From positions 7,585 to 71,584 of the forward strand of contig JAQXWS010000027.1 of the NCBI GenBank assembly GCA_029225565.1: DNA of 64,000 nt, given 5' to 3'. Below the pieces are notes generated by a model. That model was not told the DNA's origin. It saw nothing but the letters and a program-made list of their open reading frames with translations, and ran no database searches. Numbering within the stretch: the first letter of the stretch is position 1; the number at the start of each line of letters is the position of its first letter. Position numbers and translations under genes: made by a program. Shown piece after piece: positions 26,524 through 36,178 of the stretch. This DNA is from Eubacteriales bacterium (GTDB taxonomy: Bacteria; Bacillota; Clostridia; Oscillospirales; Acutalibacteraceae).

Positions 26524-27993
26524 TTACTCGTTTGTGCCTCTGCGTTCTGCAAGTGCCTTGGTAATCATCTCTTTCTTTTCGCCTACGATGTCATACTTCA
26601 GCATCGGAAAAACGGAGATAAGCGCCAGTATTCCCGGCATTGCCGTGTAGGCAAAGAATACGATGTCCTTTGTGCTGTTTTGGAATCCGGTAGCAGTTCC
26701 GGCAGTGATTTGTGCCACAGTGTCGCTGTAGCCGGAGAACTGGATGAATACAAGACCCAATGCAGTACCCAGCGCAAGACAAACCTTGATGGTAAGGGTG
26801 AGGATTGAGTATGCGGCACCCTCCATTCTTTTGCCGGTTTCGTATTCGTAGTAGTCAACACAGTCGGCTGTCATAATCATCGGCATAAGCGTTACTGCGC
26901 CAAACTGGAGACCAATCAGGAACAGGGATGCGTAGAACAGGATTGTCAGCACTGTGTTCTTTGGATTTTGGAACCAGAAGTGGCCCACAACGAAAGACAG
27001 AATTGATGCGGCAAATCCATATACAGAAAGCAGGATGTACGCCTTGCGTTCGTCCAGCTTTTTTATCAGCAGCGGGCAAAGCGCCATGCTAATCATTGAG
27101 CCCACCGCCGTTACGATGCCCAGTACCGCAACCAGATTTTGTGAACCCAGCAGTACATTGGCTGCCTGAACCTGGATACCCATAGCCATTTGACGGCCAA
27201 AGCCCAGGAAGTATGACACAATTACCAGCATAAGCGGCTTGTTGTTTTTGAGAGCGTTAAGCATATCCTTTGCGGTAATCTTTTCGTTGGATTCGGTTAC
27301 TACTCTCTCCTTGTTGATTATAGGAATGAGAGCGAACAGGATACAGCCCAGCAGCGCTGTAAGAATTGCCACAAACAGATACTCCGGCGCAATCATCGGG
27401 GTGTCGGTTTCGCCCTTTTTTACGATAACCTTTGAGCCCTCGGGCACGATAAGACATACAATCGGTACGATAACCACACATGCAGAAAATCCAATCTGCT
27501 TGAAGGTGTTGGATATGGACACCACATTAGTCCTTTCGGTAGGATTAGGTGTCAGCGCTGCGGCGATACCCTGGGACGGTACATCGCCCATTGTCATAGC
27601 AATGCTCCATATCAGGTATGTAACAAAAATCCAAATATATGTGAAAATTTTGTTAGACTTGAACGGAACATCAACAAATACTACCGCAGACATAATAAGC
27701 AACGGTGCCAGAGAATATACAATCATTGATTTGAACTTGCCCATTTTGCTCTTGCTTCTGTCCACAAGATTGCCGACTACAGGGTCAGCAACAGCAGAAA
27801 TAATCTTTGCTACCAAAATGAGAATTCCAACAACTGCAATATCCGCACCCAGAATAGAGCTGTCAAATTCTGCCTGGTACGAGTTGAGCAAGCCTACAAT
27901 AGCCTGAAATCCAAAGAGACCCAGACTGTAGGCGGCAATCTCTTTGAAGCTCATGTGCTTTTGTTTGGTGATGTCGGTTGATACATCTGCCAT
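26524..27993 (-). CDS. GPH-family MFS sugar:cation symporter
   Basis: AVADPVVGNLVDR.KSKMGKF, DVPSQG...LTPNPTER, DCVDYYEYETGKRMEG. Confidence 0.88.
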   Translation of the reverse strand: MADVSTDITKQKHMSFKEIAAYSLGLFGFQAIVGLLNSYQAEFDSSILGADIAVVGILILVAKIISAVADPVVGNLVDRSKSKMGKFKSMIVYSLAPLLIMSAVVFVDVPFKSNKIFTYIWIFVTYLIWSIAMTMGDVPSQGIAAALTPNPTERTNVVSISNTFKQIGFSACVVIVPIVCLIVPEGSKVIVKKGETDTPMIAPEYLFVAILTALLGCILFALIPIINKERVVTESNEKITAKDMLNALKNNKPLMLVIVSYFLGFGRQMAMGIQVQAANVLLGSQNLVAVLGIVTAVGSMISMALCPLLIKKLDERKAYILLSVYGFAASILSFVVGHFWFQNPKNTVLTILFYASLFLIGLQFGAVTLMPMIMTADCVDYYEYETGKRMEGAAYSILTLTIKVCLALGTALGLVFIQFSGYSDTVAQITAGTATGFQNSTKDIVFFAYTAMPGILALISVFPMLKYDIVGEKKEMITKALAERRGTNE

Positions 27994-28072
27994 GATATTA
28001 CCTCATTTCTTGTTGAATAATATGAAAAGCAGACCGGTCGGTATTGTACCAATCGGTGCTGCTTTTTGCTAC

Positions 28073-28918
28073 TTAGTCCTCTCTGAAAACATCCTCGAAC
28101 AGGTCAACATTAGCCAGCTTCATAACGCCGCTGAACATAGCAGAGCCTGCAACAGGGAGCAGTCTGTTGAAGATGCTCATTGCGTGAGCGTCGATACCGT
28201 GTACCATCATCGGACGCTGATTCTCGATGCCGAACATAATCATCTTTACCATAAGGTCGCAATCTGTCGAAATCATGTTGATAATCTTTGCGCCCTTGTC
28301 GTTGGATTCTGACTGGTTCTGGTCACGGAAAATATCTGTCTTAGTAAATCCGGGACAAACAAGACCCACATACATCTTGCCGCGGAATTCTGTGCGCAGA
28401 GCCTCGGTGAATCCCTTGAGGGCTGCCTTTGATGCAGAGTACATTGATGTTCCGGCAAGAGTCATCAGCGCTGCCGATGAGTCAATATTGATTATGGCCG
28501 GTGTGCTTGACTCAAGAATCATGGGCAGAAGTGTCTTGGTGGAGTAGATGCAAGAGTAGAAGTTGATGTTCATTGCTCTTTCGATCTCCTCGTAGGAATA
28601 TCTGTCGAATCTCTTGAATTTAGGCAGGATTCCCGCGTTGTTGATGAGTACATCAATTTTTGTGCCGTCTGCCTTTAGCTCCTCTGCAAAGCTTTCCCAA
28701 TTCTCCTTAACCGATACATCGAACAGCTTGTAGGAGAATTTGCTTGCATACTCTGCGCCCAATTCTTCGATAAATTTTAGCATTTTCGGTTCGCTTCTTG
28801 CTACGCCGATTACGGTGCAGCCGTGCTTTTTGATAAGTGTTGCAGCAATGCCTGCGCCCATACCACCTGACGCGCCGGTAACTACAACGGTTTTGCCTTT
28901 AAGCCAACATTCGCTCAT
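28073..28918 (-). CDS. Short-chain dehydrogenase/reductase
   Basis: VVVTGASGGMGA, LINNAGI, YSASKAA (YxxxK). Confidence 0.92.
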   Translation of the reverse strand: MSECWLKGKTVVVTGASGGMGAGIAATLIKKHGCTVIGVARSEPKMLKFIEELGAEYASKFSYKLFDVSVKENWESFAEELKADGTKIDVLINNAGILPKFKRFDRYSYEEIERAMNINFYSCIYSTKTLLPMILESSTPAIINIDSSAALMTLAGTSMYSASKAALKGFTEALRTEFRGKMYVGLVCPGFTKTDIFRDQNQSESNDKGAKIINMISTDCDLMVKMIMFGIENQRPMMVHGIDAHAMSIFNRLLPVAGSAMFSGVMKLANVDLFEDVFRED

Positions 28919-29079
28919 ATTTAAGCCTCCAATATATTAATATACACAAAAATTATACAATAAAAGTTTTGCTTTTACAATATCTTTTTTCTGCTTTTCT
29001 ACATTTTCTGATTTTTGTCTTTGTTGCAAATTTATCCTCAATGTGGTATAATCAACAATATTTACGGAGTTGGAGTGTT

Positions 29080-29610
29080 ATGGATAAGAGGATAATAAAA
29101 ACGAGAAAAGCCATATTCGATTCCTTTTTGGATTTGCTGTCCGAAAAGGATGTTAACAGTATTTCTGTTGTGGAGCTGTGCCGACGGGCAAATATTAACA
29201 AGAGCACATTCTATCTCCACTATACAGGTATCGACGATTGCTACAAGAGATTAGTGGATTCATATTGCGAGCGTATTTTCGGTATTGTGGAGCATATCGA
29301 TTACACTCGGGTAGCCACATCGCCGGAGGATACTGTAGATAGTCTTTTGGTAGAGCTGGAGGGGTATATGGAATATGTGATTAAGTTGAGCAACAGCGTG
29401 ATTTTTGACAATGCCGTGCGCACCCTCAAGCGAAAATTTATTGATGCAATTTGTGCAGCGAACGGGTTGTCCCTGGAGAATAATTATCACCAGGTATTAA
29501 AGGTCACATTTATTGTGGGCGGATGTATTGATATGCTTGAGCAGGCGTTACCGAATTATCGCCATGACGAAATCCGCGACCTTATGGTAAATGTAATAAA
29601 AAGAAGATAG
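29080..29610 (+). CDS. TetR-like transcriptional regulator
   Basis: MDKRIIKTRKAI..SF..LL, ISVVELCRRANINKSTFYLHY; GGAG SD; TTGCAA-17-TATAAT promoter at 29024-29052. Confidence 0.88.
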   Translation: MDKRIIKTRKAIFDSFLDLLSEKDVNSISVVELCRRANINKSTFYLHYTGIDDCYKRLVDSYCERIFGIVEHIDYTRVATSPEDTVDSLLVELEGYMEYVIKLSNSVIFDNAVRTLKRKFIDAICAANGLSLENNYHQVLKVTFIVGGCIDMLEQALPNYRHDEIRDLMVNVIKRR

Positions 29611-29614
29611 ATAT

Positions 29615-29643
29615 TAAGCTGCAAATAATTGCAGCTTATTTTT
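29615..29643 (+). terminator. Intrinsic terminator
   Basis: TAAGCTGCAA/TTGCAGCTTA stem plus T tract. Confidence 0.7.
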
Positions 29644-29706
29644 GTATATTGAAAATAGCCGAATATTATGTTAATATATTATGAAGTATTTTTTTGGGGC
29701 GAAGTT

Positions 29707-29823
29707 ATGGGCAATAAAACAGTTTATCTTGCAATATCATCCGACATTATTCATGCAGGTATCATTAACATTATTGACGAGGTTGCTGTCAAAACTATAT
29801 ACAAACGGATATTTAGACTGTAA
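29707..29823 (+). pseudogene. N-terminal remnant of a cytidylyltransferase domain (PEP-mutase fusion type)
   Basis: 38-aa ORF MGNKTVYLAISSDIIHAGIINIIDEVAVK...; resembles 'KTVY...S.DIIH.GH.NII' with the HxGH motif degraded to HAGI. Confidence 0.55.
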
Positions 29824-29874
29824 TTCGGTTTTACCCTGTTTTATTTTGTAAGTTATAGGACAAAATAATACAGG

Positions 29875-30888
29875 GTGATTTTTTTGAACAAAAAAGGTAA
29901 GACATATTTTTTTGATAGCCCGCCTGTGATTATAGGCAGTGCCGGAGTTGTGGGCAAAAAAGAGGGCGAGGGTCCCTTGCGCAGCGAGTTTGACGCTGTA
30001 TTTGACAATACCGATATGGGAGAGGACAGCTACGAATTGGCGGAGTCCGCAATGCTAAAGGACGCGATTGTCAGAGCTACCCAAAAAGCAGGCGTTAGCC
30101 TTGGAGATGTGGATTTTATTATGACGGGGGATTTGTTGGATCAATGCGTGGGCTCCTGCTTTGCCATCAAGGATCTTAATGTGCCTTTTGTGGGTATGTA
30201 CGGTGCATGCTCCACCATGGCGTTGACCTTGTGCAATTCGGCTATGCTGATTGACGCAGGCGCAAGCCTTTGCGTGGCAGGTGCCAGCAGTCACTTCGCT
30301 TCCAGCGAGAGACAATTCCGTTATCCGCTGGAGTATGGCAGTCAGCGACCGCCAACGGCTCAGTGGACGGTAACCGGCGCAGGCTCTGCCGTTGTCAGCA
30401 GGGATGGCAATGGCGTGAATATTTGTGCAGTTCATATTGGTACGGTTACCGATTTGGGTATAAAGGATGCCAACAATATGGGCGCAGCAATGGCGCCGGC
30501 AGCAGCCCGCACCGTCAGCCAAATGCTGGATGATACGGACACCTGCCCCGACGACTATGATATGATACTCACCGGAGACCTGGGATATACAGGTACCGAG
30601 CTATTGCATCAGCTGTTACGCAAGGATTATAACAAGAATATCAAATCCAAGCATAATGACTGCGGACTGATGATATATAATTTGAAGGAGCAGGATGTGA
30701 ACTCCGGAGGTTCCGGTTGCGGCTGCAGCGCTTCTGTGCTTTGCTCTTATGTACTGGAGCGATTGAGAACCCGGGAGCTGAAGCGCGTGATGTTTGTGGC
30801 AACAGGCGCATTGATGTCCCCGACCTCCAGCAAGCAGGGCCGGAGTATTCCCGGCATAGCACACGGTGTATTATTGGAAGCAAAATAA
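29875..30888 (+). CDS. spoVAD: Stage V sporulation protein AD
   Basis: GKKEGEGPL, GDLLDQC, YGACSTM, ERQFRYPLEYGSQRP.TAQWTVTG, MGAAMAPAA, GGSGCGCSA, ATGALMSPTS. Confidence 0.95.
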   Translation: MIFLNKKGKTYFFDSPPVIIGSAGVVGKKEGEGPLRSEFDAVFDNTDMGEDSYELAESAMLKDAIVRATQKAGVSLGDVDFIMTGDLLDQCVGSCFAIKDLNVPFVGMYGACSTMALTLCNSAMLIDAGASLCVAGASSHFASSERQFRYPLEYGSQRPPTAQWTVTGAGSAVVSRDGNGVNICAVHIGTVTDLGIKDANNMGAAMAPAAARTVSQMLDDTDTCPDDYDMILTGDLGYTGTELLHQLLRKDYNKNIKSKHNDCGLMIYNLKEQDVNSGGSGCGCSASVLCSYVLERLRTRELKRVMFVATGALMSPTSSKQGRSIPGIAHGVLLEAK

Positions 30889-30910
30889 TCGTCCCCCGGA
30901 CGATTATTTT
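30882..30910 (+). terminator. Intrinsic terminator
   Basis: AAAATAATCGTCC/GGACGATTATTTT stem. Confidence 0.7.
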
Positions 30911-31120
30911 TGTTTGTAGCTATTTTGTTGAAGTTTAAATTACAAATCGTAAAATTTTATCGTTAACATGCATTTTTTAGACTACGAGTATAATTCTGTC
31001 AGTGGCTTTGCCCTATTATGTGTTTGATTTATTGACATGGACGATGGTTTGTTATATTATATAATTAATTATAAGTATTAAAATGGGCGTATTGTAACCG
31101 GTTTGTGATTGGGGAGAAGA

Positions 31121-31750
31121 ATGTATAAGTACATAAAAAGATTTTTGGATATAATTACTGCTTCTATAGCAGTGATAGTGCTTTCGCCATTGATGATAAT
31201 AACTGCAATTGCAGTAAGGCTGGAGTCGGAGGGACCTGCATTATTCTTGCAGGACAGAATCGGCCTTGGGGGCAATGTGTTCAAGATATATAAGTTTCGC
31301 TCCATGTGTCAGGGCGCAGAACATATCGGCACCGGTGTGTATAGTGGCGCCGATGATATGAGAGTAACTAAAGTCGGACGGATTATTCGCGCCACAAGTA
31401 TTGACGAGTTACCACAACTTTTCAATATTATCAAAGGGGATATGAGCTTTGTGGGTCCTCGTCCTCCCCTTACATATCATCCGTGGGAATACAGTGAGTA
31501 CACTCCACAGCAATTGCACATGTTTGATGTTCGCCCGGGCATTACAGGCTGGGCACAGGTGCACGGAAGAAAAGATGTAGAATGGCACAAAAGAATCGAG
31601 CTCAACTGCTGGTATGTTGACAATATGTCGTTATGGCTGGATATAAAAATTTTGCTTACAACGGTAATTAAGGTCCTAAAGAATGAGGACAATGTTAATG
31701 TTGGCGCCACTCTGGTAGTTGATGAGGAAAAAGAGACCGAAACGGTATAA
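31121..31750 (+). CDS. Initiating polyprenyl-phosphate sugar-1-phosphate transferase (PglC/WcfS-like)
   Basis: KRFLDII, F.IYKFRSM, IRATSIDELPQLFNIIKGDMSFVGPRP, RPGITGWAQV.GR; TTGACA-17-TATTAT promoter at 31032-31060. Confidence 0.93.
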   Translation: MYKYIKRFLDIITASIAVIVLSPLMIITAIAVRLESEGPALFLQDRIGLGGNVFKIYKFRSMCQGAEHIGTGVYSGADDMRVTKVGRIIRATSIDELPQLFNIIKGDMSFVGPRPPLTYHPWEYSEYTPQQLHMFDVRPGITGWAQVHGRKDVEWHKRIELNCWYVDNMSLWLDIKILLTTVIKVLKNEDNVNVGATLVVDEEKETETV

Positions 31751-31752
31751 TT

Positions 31753-32571
31753 ATGGCTTTAGAATACTTTTACATAACAAACAGCCCCGAATATGCAAAA
31801 GCATGCGAGCGAGCAGGCGTTGATAGAATCTTTGTTGATATGGAATATATCGGCAAGGATGAGCGTCAGGGTGGACTGGATACGGTAAAGAATCATCATA
31901 CGGTTGAAGATGTAAAAAATGTTAGAGCTGCTATCAGCAAGTCAAAGCTCCTTGTTAGAGTTAATCCGATTCATGACGGCTCAAAAGAAGAGATTAAATC
32001 TGTAATTACGGCAGGTGCGGATTATATAATGCTCCCGATGTGGAAATCGGTTGATGAGGTAAAGGAATTTATTCGACTTGTGGGTAAAGGTGCAAAAACC
32101 GTCCTCCTTTTGGAAACCGATGAGGCTCGGATGTGCCTTGACGAAGTGATAAAGCTCGATGGTATTGACGAAATCTATATCGGGCTGAACGATTTGCATT
32201 TGAGCCAGCACAAAAAATTTATGTTCGAGCTTTACACAGACGGAACGGTTGACGAAATTGTATCAAAGCTAAAATCAAAAAACATAAAATTCGGCATAGG
32301 CGGCGTAGGCAAGGTTAATTGCGACAATCTCCTTTCGGCAGAAAATATTTTGTGCGAGCATTACAGACTTGGCTCGTCGATGGTTATTCTGGCGAGAGCC
32401 TTTTGCGATTGGACAAGGTACAGCGTCGCAGAATTTGAAAATATTATGACAAAGGGCATTGCCGAAAACAGGGAGTATGAAAATTACATAGAAGACCAAT
32501 CGATTGATTATTTTAATGAAAAACATAAACAAACAGAGAAGATAATAGAAACAATAAAGGCTAACAAATGA
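31753..32571 (+). CDS. HpcH/HpaI aldolase / citrate lyase family protein
   Basis: GVDRIFVDME..GK..RQ, LVRVNP, IMLPM, LLLET, IYIGLNDL. Confidence 0.8.
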   Translation: MALEYFYITNSPEYAKACERAGVDRIFVDMEYIGKDERQGGLDTVKNHHTVEDVKNVRAAISKSKLLVRVNPIHDGSKEEIKSVITAGADYIMLPMWKSVDEVKEFIRLVGKGAKTVLLLETDEARMCLDEVIKLDGIDEIYIGLNDLHLSQHKKFMFELYTDGTVDEIVSKLKSKNIKFGIGGVGKVNCDNLLSAENILCEHYRLGSSMVILARAFCDWTRYSVAEFENIMTKGIAENREYENYIEDQSIDYFNEKHKQTEKIIETIKANK

Positions 32572-33476
32572 AATTACTTTTGACAGGTGCGTTCGGGTAC
32601 ACAGAAGAGCAAATTGAACATATTAAGTCCCTTGGCTACGAGGTAACCTTCGTTCAAGACGAAAGAGTACCTATTGAATTTGATGTGAGCGATATTGAGG
32701 CTGTGGTATGTAACGGATTATTTCTTTATACTCCTATAGAAAAGTTCAAAAGCCTTAAATTCATTCAGCTAACATCAGCCGGTCTTGACAGAGTGCCACT
32801 TGATTATATCAAGGAGCATAATATAAAGATTTTGAACGCAAGAGGCGTTTATTCTGCTCCAATGGCTGAGTTTGCATTATGCGGAGTCCTGCAACTATAC
32901 AAGCAATCGAGATTTTTCTATAAAAATCAAAAGCAGCATAAATGGGAAAAGCACAGAGGTTTGTTAGAATTAACCGACAAAAATGTACTCATTGTCGGTG
33001 CAGGCAGTATCGGCAGTGAGGTTGCAAAGCGTTTTTCCGCGTTTGACGCAAATGTTATCGGCGTAGATTTGTTCCCAAGTGATAATCCTAATTTTAAAGA
33101 AATCCATCCTATTGATGAGTTAGATAATCTGTTAAAAACAGCCGATATTGTGGTGTTGACATTACCGCTAACAAGTGATAACGAAGGCTTTTTTAATAAT
33201 GAAAAGTTTTGCCTTATGAAAGACAGTTCGGTATTTGTTAATATAGCAAGAGGCAAGCTTGTAAATCAAAACCATTTGGTTTCCGCATTAGAACAATGCA
33301 AAATTGCAGGTGCAGTTCTTGATGTTTTTGAAGAAGAACCACTTGAGGAAAGCAGCAAATTATGGGATTTTGACAATGTGATTATTACACCGCACAATAG
33401 CTTTGTGGGTGAGAATAACAACAAGAGAATGTTTGAAATTATAGTGAATAACACGGAGGTAATTTATGAGCAATAG
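32568..33476 (+). CDS. D-2-hydroxyacid dehydrogenase family protein
   Basis: QLTSAGLD, VGAGSIG, VLTLPLT, NIARG, GAVLDVFEEEPL, ITPHNS. Confidence 0.9.
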   Translation: MKLLLTGAFGYTEEQIEHIKSLGYEVTFVQDERVPIEFDVSDIEAVVCNGLFLYTPIEKFKSLKFIQLTSAGLDRVPLDYIKEHNIKILNARGVYSAPMAEFALCGVLQLYKQSRFFYKNQKQHKWEKHRGLLELTDKNVLIVGAGSIGSEVAKRFSAFDANVIGVDLFPSDNPNFKEIHPIDELDNLLKTADIVVLTLPLTSDNEGFFNNEKFCLMKDSSVFVNIARGKLVNQNHLVSALEQCKIAGAVLDVFEEEPLEESSKLWDFDNVIITPHNSFVGENNNKRMFEIIVNNTEVIYEQ

Positions 33477-35043
33477 ATTTGATGTTGAAAAGATTATCTC
33501 AGAAAATAAAGAGTTACAAAAATACTTATACACAAGAGGTTTTCTATTTACAAATGCAAATGTTAATTATGAATTATTCCCTTTTTATGGTAAATGGAAT
33601 GTTCAAAAAATTGGAAATTATACTTTATCTAATGACAAAAAAGTAAAAGTTTTTAAAGTCAAAACAGAAAAAGAAATAATTATACTGATTGGACATGTTT
33701 ACAATCCCTTTGATGGATTAATTGACGAAAATGAGATTTTGAATAAATATGCAAATAGCAATGATAGAATTTCGTATATGAATGAATGGACAGGCGTGTT
33801 TACTATAATTATAATTAGCGAGAATGGAGTTGAAATTTTCGGAGACTGTGCTGGTATGCAGGCAAATTACTATGGTTTTGTTAGAGGAGATTTTTATTTA
33901 ACTTCTCATTCACAACTAATTGGAGATTTGTGCGAATTAAAAAGATCTAAATATGTTCAGAAAATTACTAAATACCGTTTTTGGCAGATGTATGGTATTT
34001 TTTTACCTGGAGACATTTCACAATTCGATGAAATTAAAAGATTAGTTCCTAATACTTTTGTTCGCGTTAATATGCAAAACAGTCAGTGCGATATTATACG
34101 TTTTTATCCTTCGAGTGATTTAGTTAATAATAGTAATGAAAATGAGTATAACAGAACTATTGAAAAAATTGGTTCGTTAATGAACAAAAATATTGAATTG
34201 ATATCAAAGAAATGGTCTAAACCAGCTATTTCTATGACTGGTGGAATGGACAGCAAAGCAACAGTTGCTTGCACAAATGGGCTATATGATAAATTTAAGT
34301 ATTATAGTTATGTCACAATGGATGGCGATATTCCTGATTCAAAGGCAGCAAAAACAATTGCTGAAAAAATAGGCGTTGAGCATAAAACTTATGTTGTTTC
34401 GCGAAATGATAATGACTTTGAAAATTTGAATAAAATTACAAAGATTATGGAACATAATTTAGGCGATTTAGGTATAGTAAATCCAAACGATGTTAGGAAA
34501 CGAATATATTTTATGGATACTTCAGAATTTGATGTTGAAGTAAAGTCATGGGTTTCTGAGATTGGTAGGGCAAATTACTATAAAAAATTTGGATTAAAAA
34601 AGATGCCAAAACGACTACGTCCTCGTCAAATGACTTCTATGTACAAATTTTTCAGTTATAACAGATATACTGAAAAATTGACAGAAAGGATTTTTAAGGA
34701 GTATATAAATAAAACAAAATTTAACGAAATATATAATTATGATTCAAGCGATATGTATTTGTGGGAATTTCGATATGGTTCATGGGGTGGTTTAGTAATA
34801 ACTAGCGAGCACAGAGTATCTTATGACATTACCATTCCGTATAATAATAGATTGATAATGGAATTATTTTTGTCATTACCTTTAGAGAAAAGAATTAAAG
34901 ACGAACCGCATTATGATTTAATTAAGCACATGAACTCTGATATTGATGAACTTGGTATTACAATAGTGAATTACAACGAAACAAAAAGGAGAATGTATTT
35001 GGAAAAATTTTATTATCTAATTAACAACATCCTTCCTTGGTGA
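33466..35043 (+). CDS. Asparagine-synthetase-like ATP-dependent amide ligase (divergent)
   Basis: G.FTIII...FGDCAGMQANYYG (Ntn-like region without an N-terminal Cys) and PP-loop-like ISMTGGMDSK. Confidence 0.55.
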   Translation: MSNRFDVEKIISENKELQKYLYTRGFLFTNANVNYELFPFYGKWNVQKIGNYTLSNDKKVKVFKVKTEKEIIILIGHVYNPFDGLIDENEILNKYANSNDRISYMNEWTGVFTIIIISENGVEIFGDCAGMQANYYGFVRGDFYLTSHSQLIGDLCELKRSKYVQKITKYRFWQMYGIFLPGDISQFDEIKRLVPNTFVRVNMQNSQCDIIRFYPSSDLVNNSNENEYNRTIEKIGSLMNKNIELISKKWSKPAISMTGGMDSKATVACTNGLYDKFKYYSYVTMDGDIPDSKAAKTIAEKIGVEHKTYVVSRNDNDFENLNKITKIMEHNLGDLGIVNPNDVRKRIYFMDTSEFDVEVKSWVSEIGRANYYKKFGLKKMPKRLRPRQMTSMYKFFSYNRYTEKLTERIFKEYINKTKFNEIYNYDSSDMYLWEFRYGSWGGLVITSEHRVSYDITIPYNNRLIMELFLSLPLEKRIKDEPHYDLIKHMNSDIDELGITIVNYNETKRRMYLEKFYYLINNILPW

Positions 35044-35048
35044 TTATT

Positions 35049-36170
35049 ATGAGTAAAAAAGTATTATTAACTGCAACAGTACAAAGTCATATTGCCCAAT
35101 TCCATAAGCCTCTTGCAAAAATGCTTCATGATAACGGATATGAGGTTCATGTTGCTGCAAGGGACAATTTGGCAGAAAAGAACGGTCTTGCAATGGAATA
35201 TGCGGATAAGGTTTATAATATTCCGTTTGACCGCTCCCCGTTTAGCACAAGAAACATTAAAGCGTATAAAGAGCTTTCAAAGGTGCTTGCAGAAAACGAG
35301 TATGAGATAATTCATACCAATACTCCAATGGGAGGTATGGTAACTCGTTTGGCAGCAAATAAGTATCGTAAGAAGAATGGCACTAAGGTTTTCTACACAG
35401 CCCACGGTTTTCATTTTTATGACGGCGCACCAAAGAAGAATTGGTTAATCTATTATCCGATTGAAAAATCAATGTCACGATTTACAGACACACTCATTAC
35501 AATTACTAATGAGGACTATAAATTAGCAACAGAGAAATTTTATTGCAATGTAGTATATATGCACGGAGTAGGTGCTAATTCAACAAGGTTCTATGTGATG
35601 AGAGATGAGGAAAAGGCTAAGCTTCGTGATGAATTAGGCTATTCACAAGATGCTCCAATAATTCTTAATGTTGGCGAATTAAATGCCAATAAAAATCAAA
35701 AGAGTGTAATTCGAGCAATGAAAAAGGTGGTTGAAAAGCTACCTAATGCTAAGCTGTTGATTGCAGGTAACGGACCGGAACTTGAACATCATAAAACACT
35801 TATTGCTGAGCTTGGACTTGAGAATAATATTGAGCTACTTGGATATACCACAGAGATTTTTAAGTATATGAATATTTGTGATGTTCTTGTAGCTTGCAGT
35901 TACCGTGAAGGCTTGCCCTTAAATCTTATGGAAGCAATGCTTTGCGGAAAACCAATTGTGGCTTCAATTAATAGAGGTCATAAAGAACTTGTTGAAAACG
36001 GTAAAAATGGATTTTTGGTTCCGGTAGAGGACACAGATGCTTATGCACAAAAAATCCTTGAGGTTTTAGATAATCCGCATCCATTTAGTCAAAATGCGGT
36101 AGAACTTGTAAAGCCGTTTACAGATATTAGCGTGTTATGCGAATTAAAGAAATTATATAACTTAGGTTAG
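35049..36170 (+). CDS. GT4 family glycosyltransferase (EpsD-like)
   Basis: IHTNTPMGG...RLAA, YTAHGFHF, S.REGLP..LMEAM..GKPIVAS. Confidence 0.9.
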   Translation: MSKKVLLTATVQSHIAQFHKPLAKMLHDNGYEVHVAARDNLAEKNGLAMEYADKVYNIPFDRSPFSTRNIKAYKELSKVLAENEYEIIHTNTPMGGMVTRLAANKYRKKNGTKVFYTAHGFHFYDGAPKKNWLIYYPIEKSMSRFTDTLITITNEDYKLATEKFYCNVVYMHGVGANSTRFYVMRDEEKAKLRDELGYSQDAPIILNVGELNANKNQKSVIRAMKKVVEKLPNAKLLIAGNGPELEHHKTLIAELGLENNIELLGYTTEIFKYMNICDVLVACSYREGLPLNLMEAMLCGKPIVASINRGHKELVENGKNGFLVPVEDTDAYAQKILEVLDNPHPFSQNAVELVKPFTDISVLCELKKLYNLG

Positions 36171-36178
36171 GAAATAAT

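Noticed and set aside
28073-28918. SDR as a sterol or bile-acid dehydrogenase
   Set aside because: Only generic SDR motifs are visible, so the substrate cannot be assigned from sequence.
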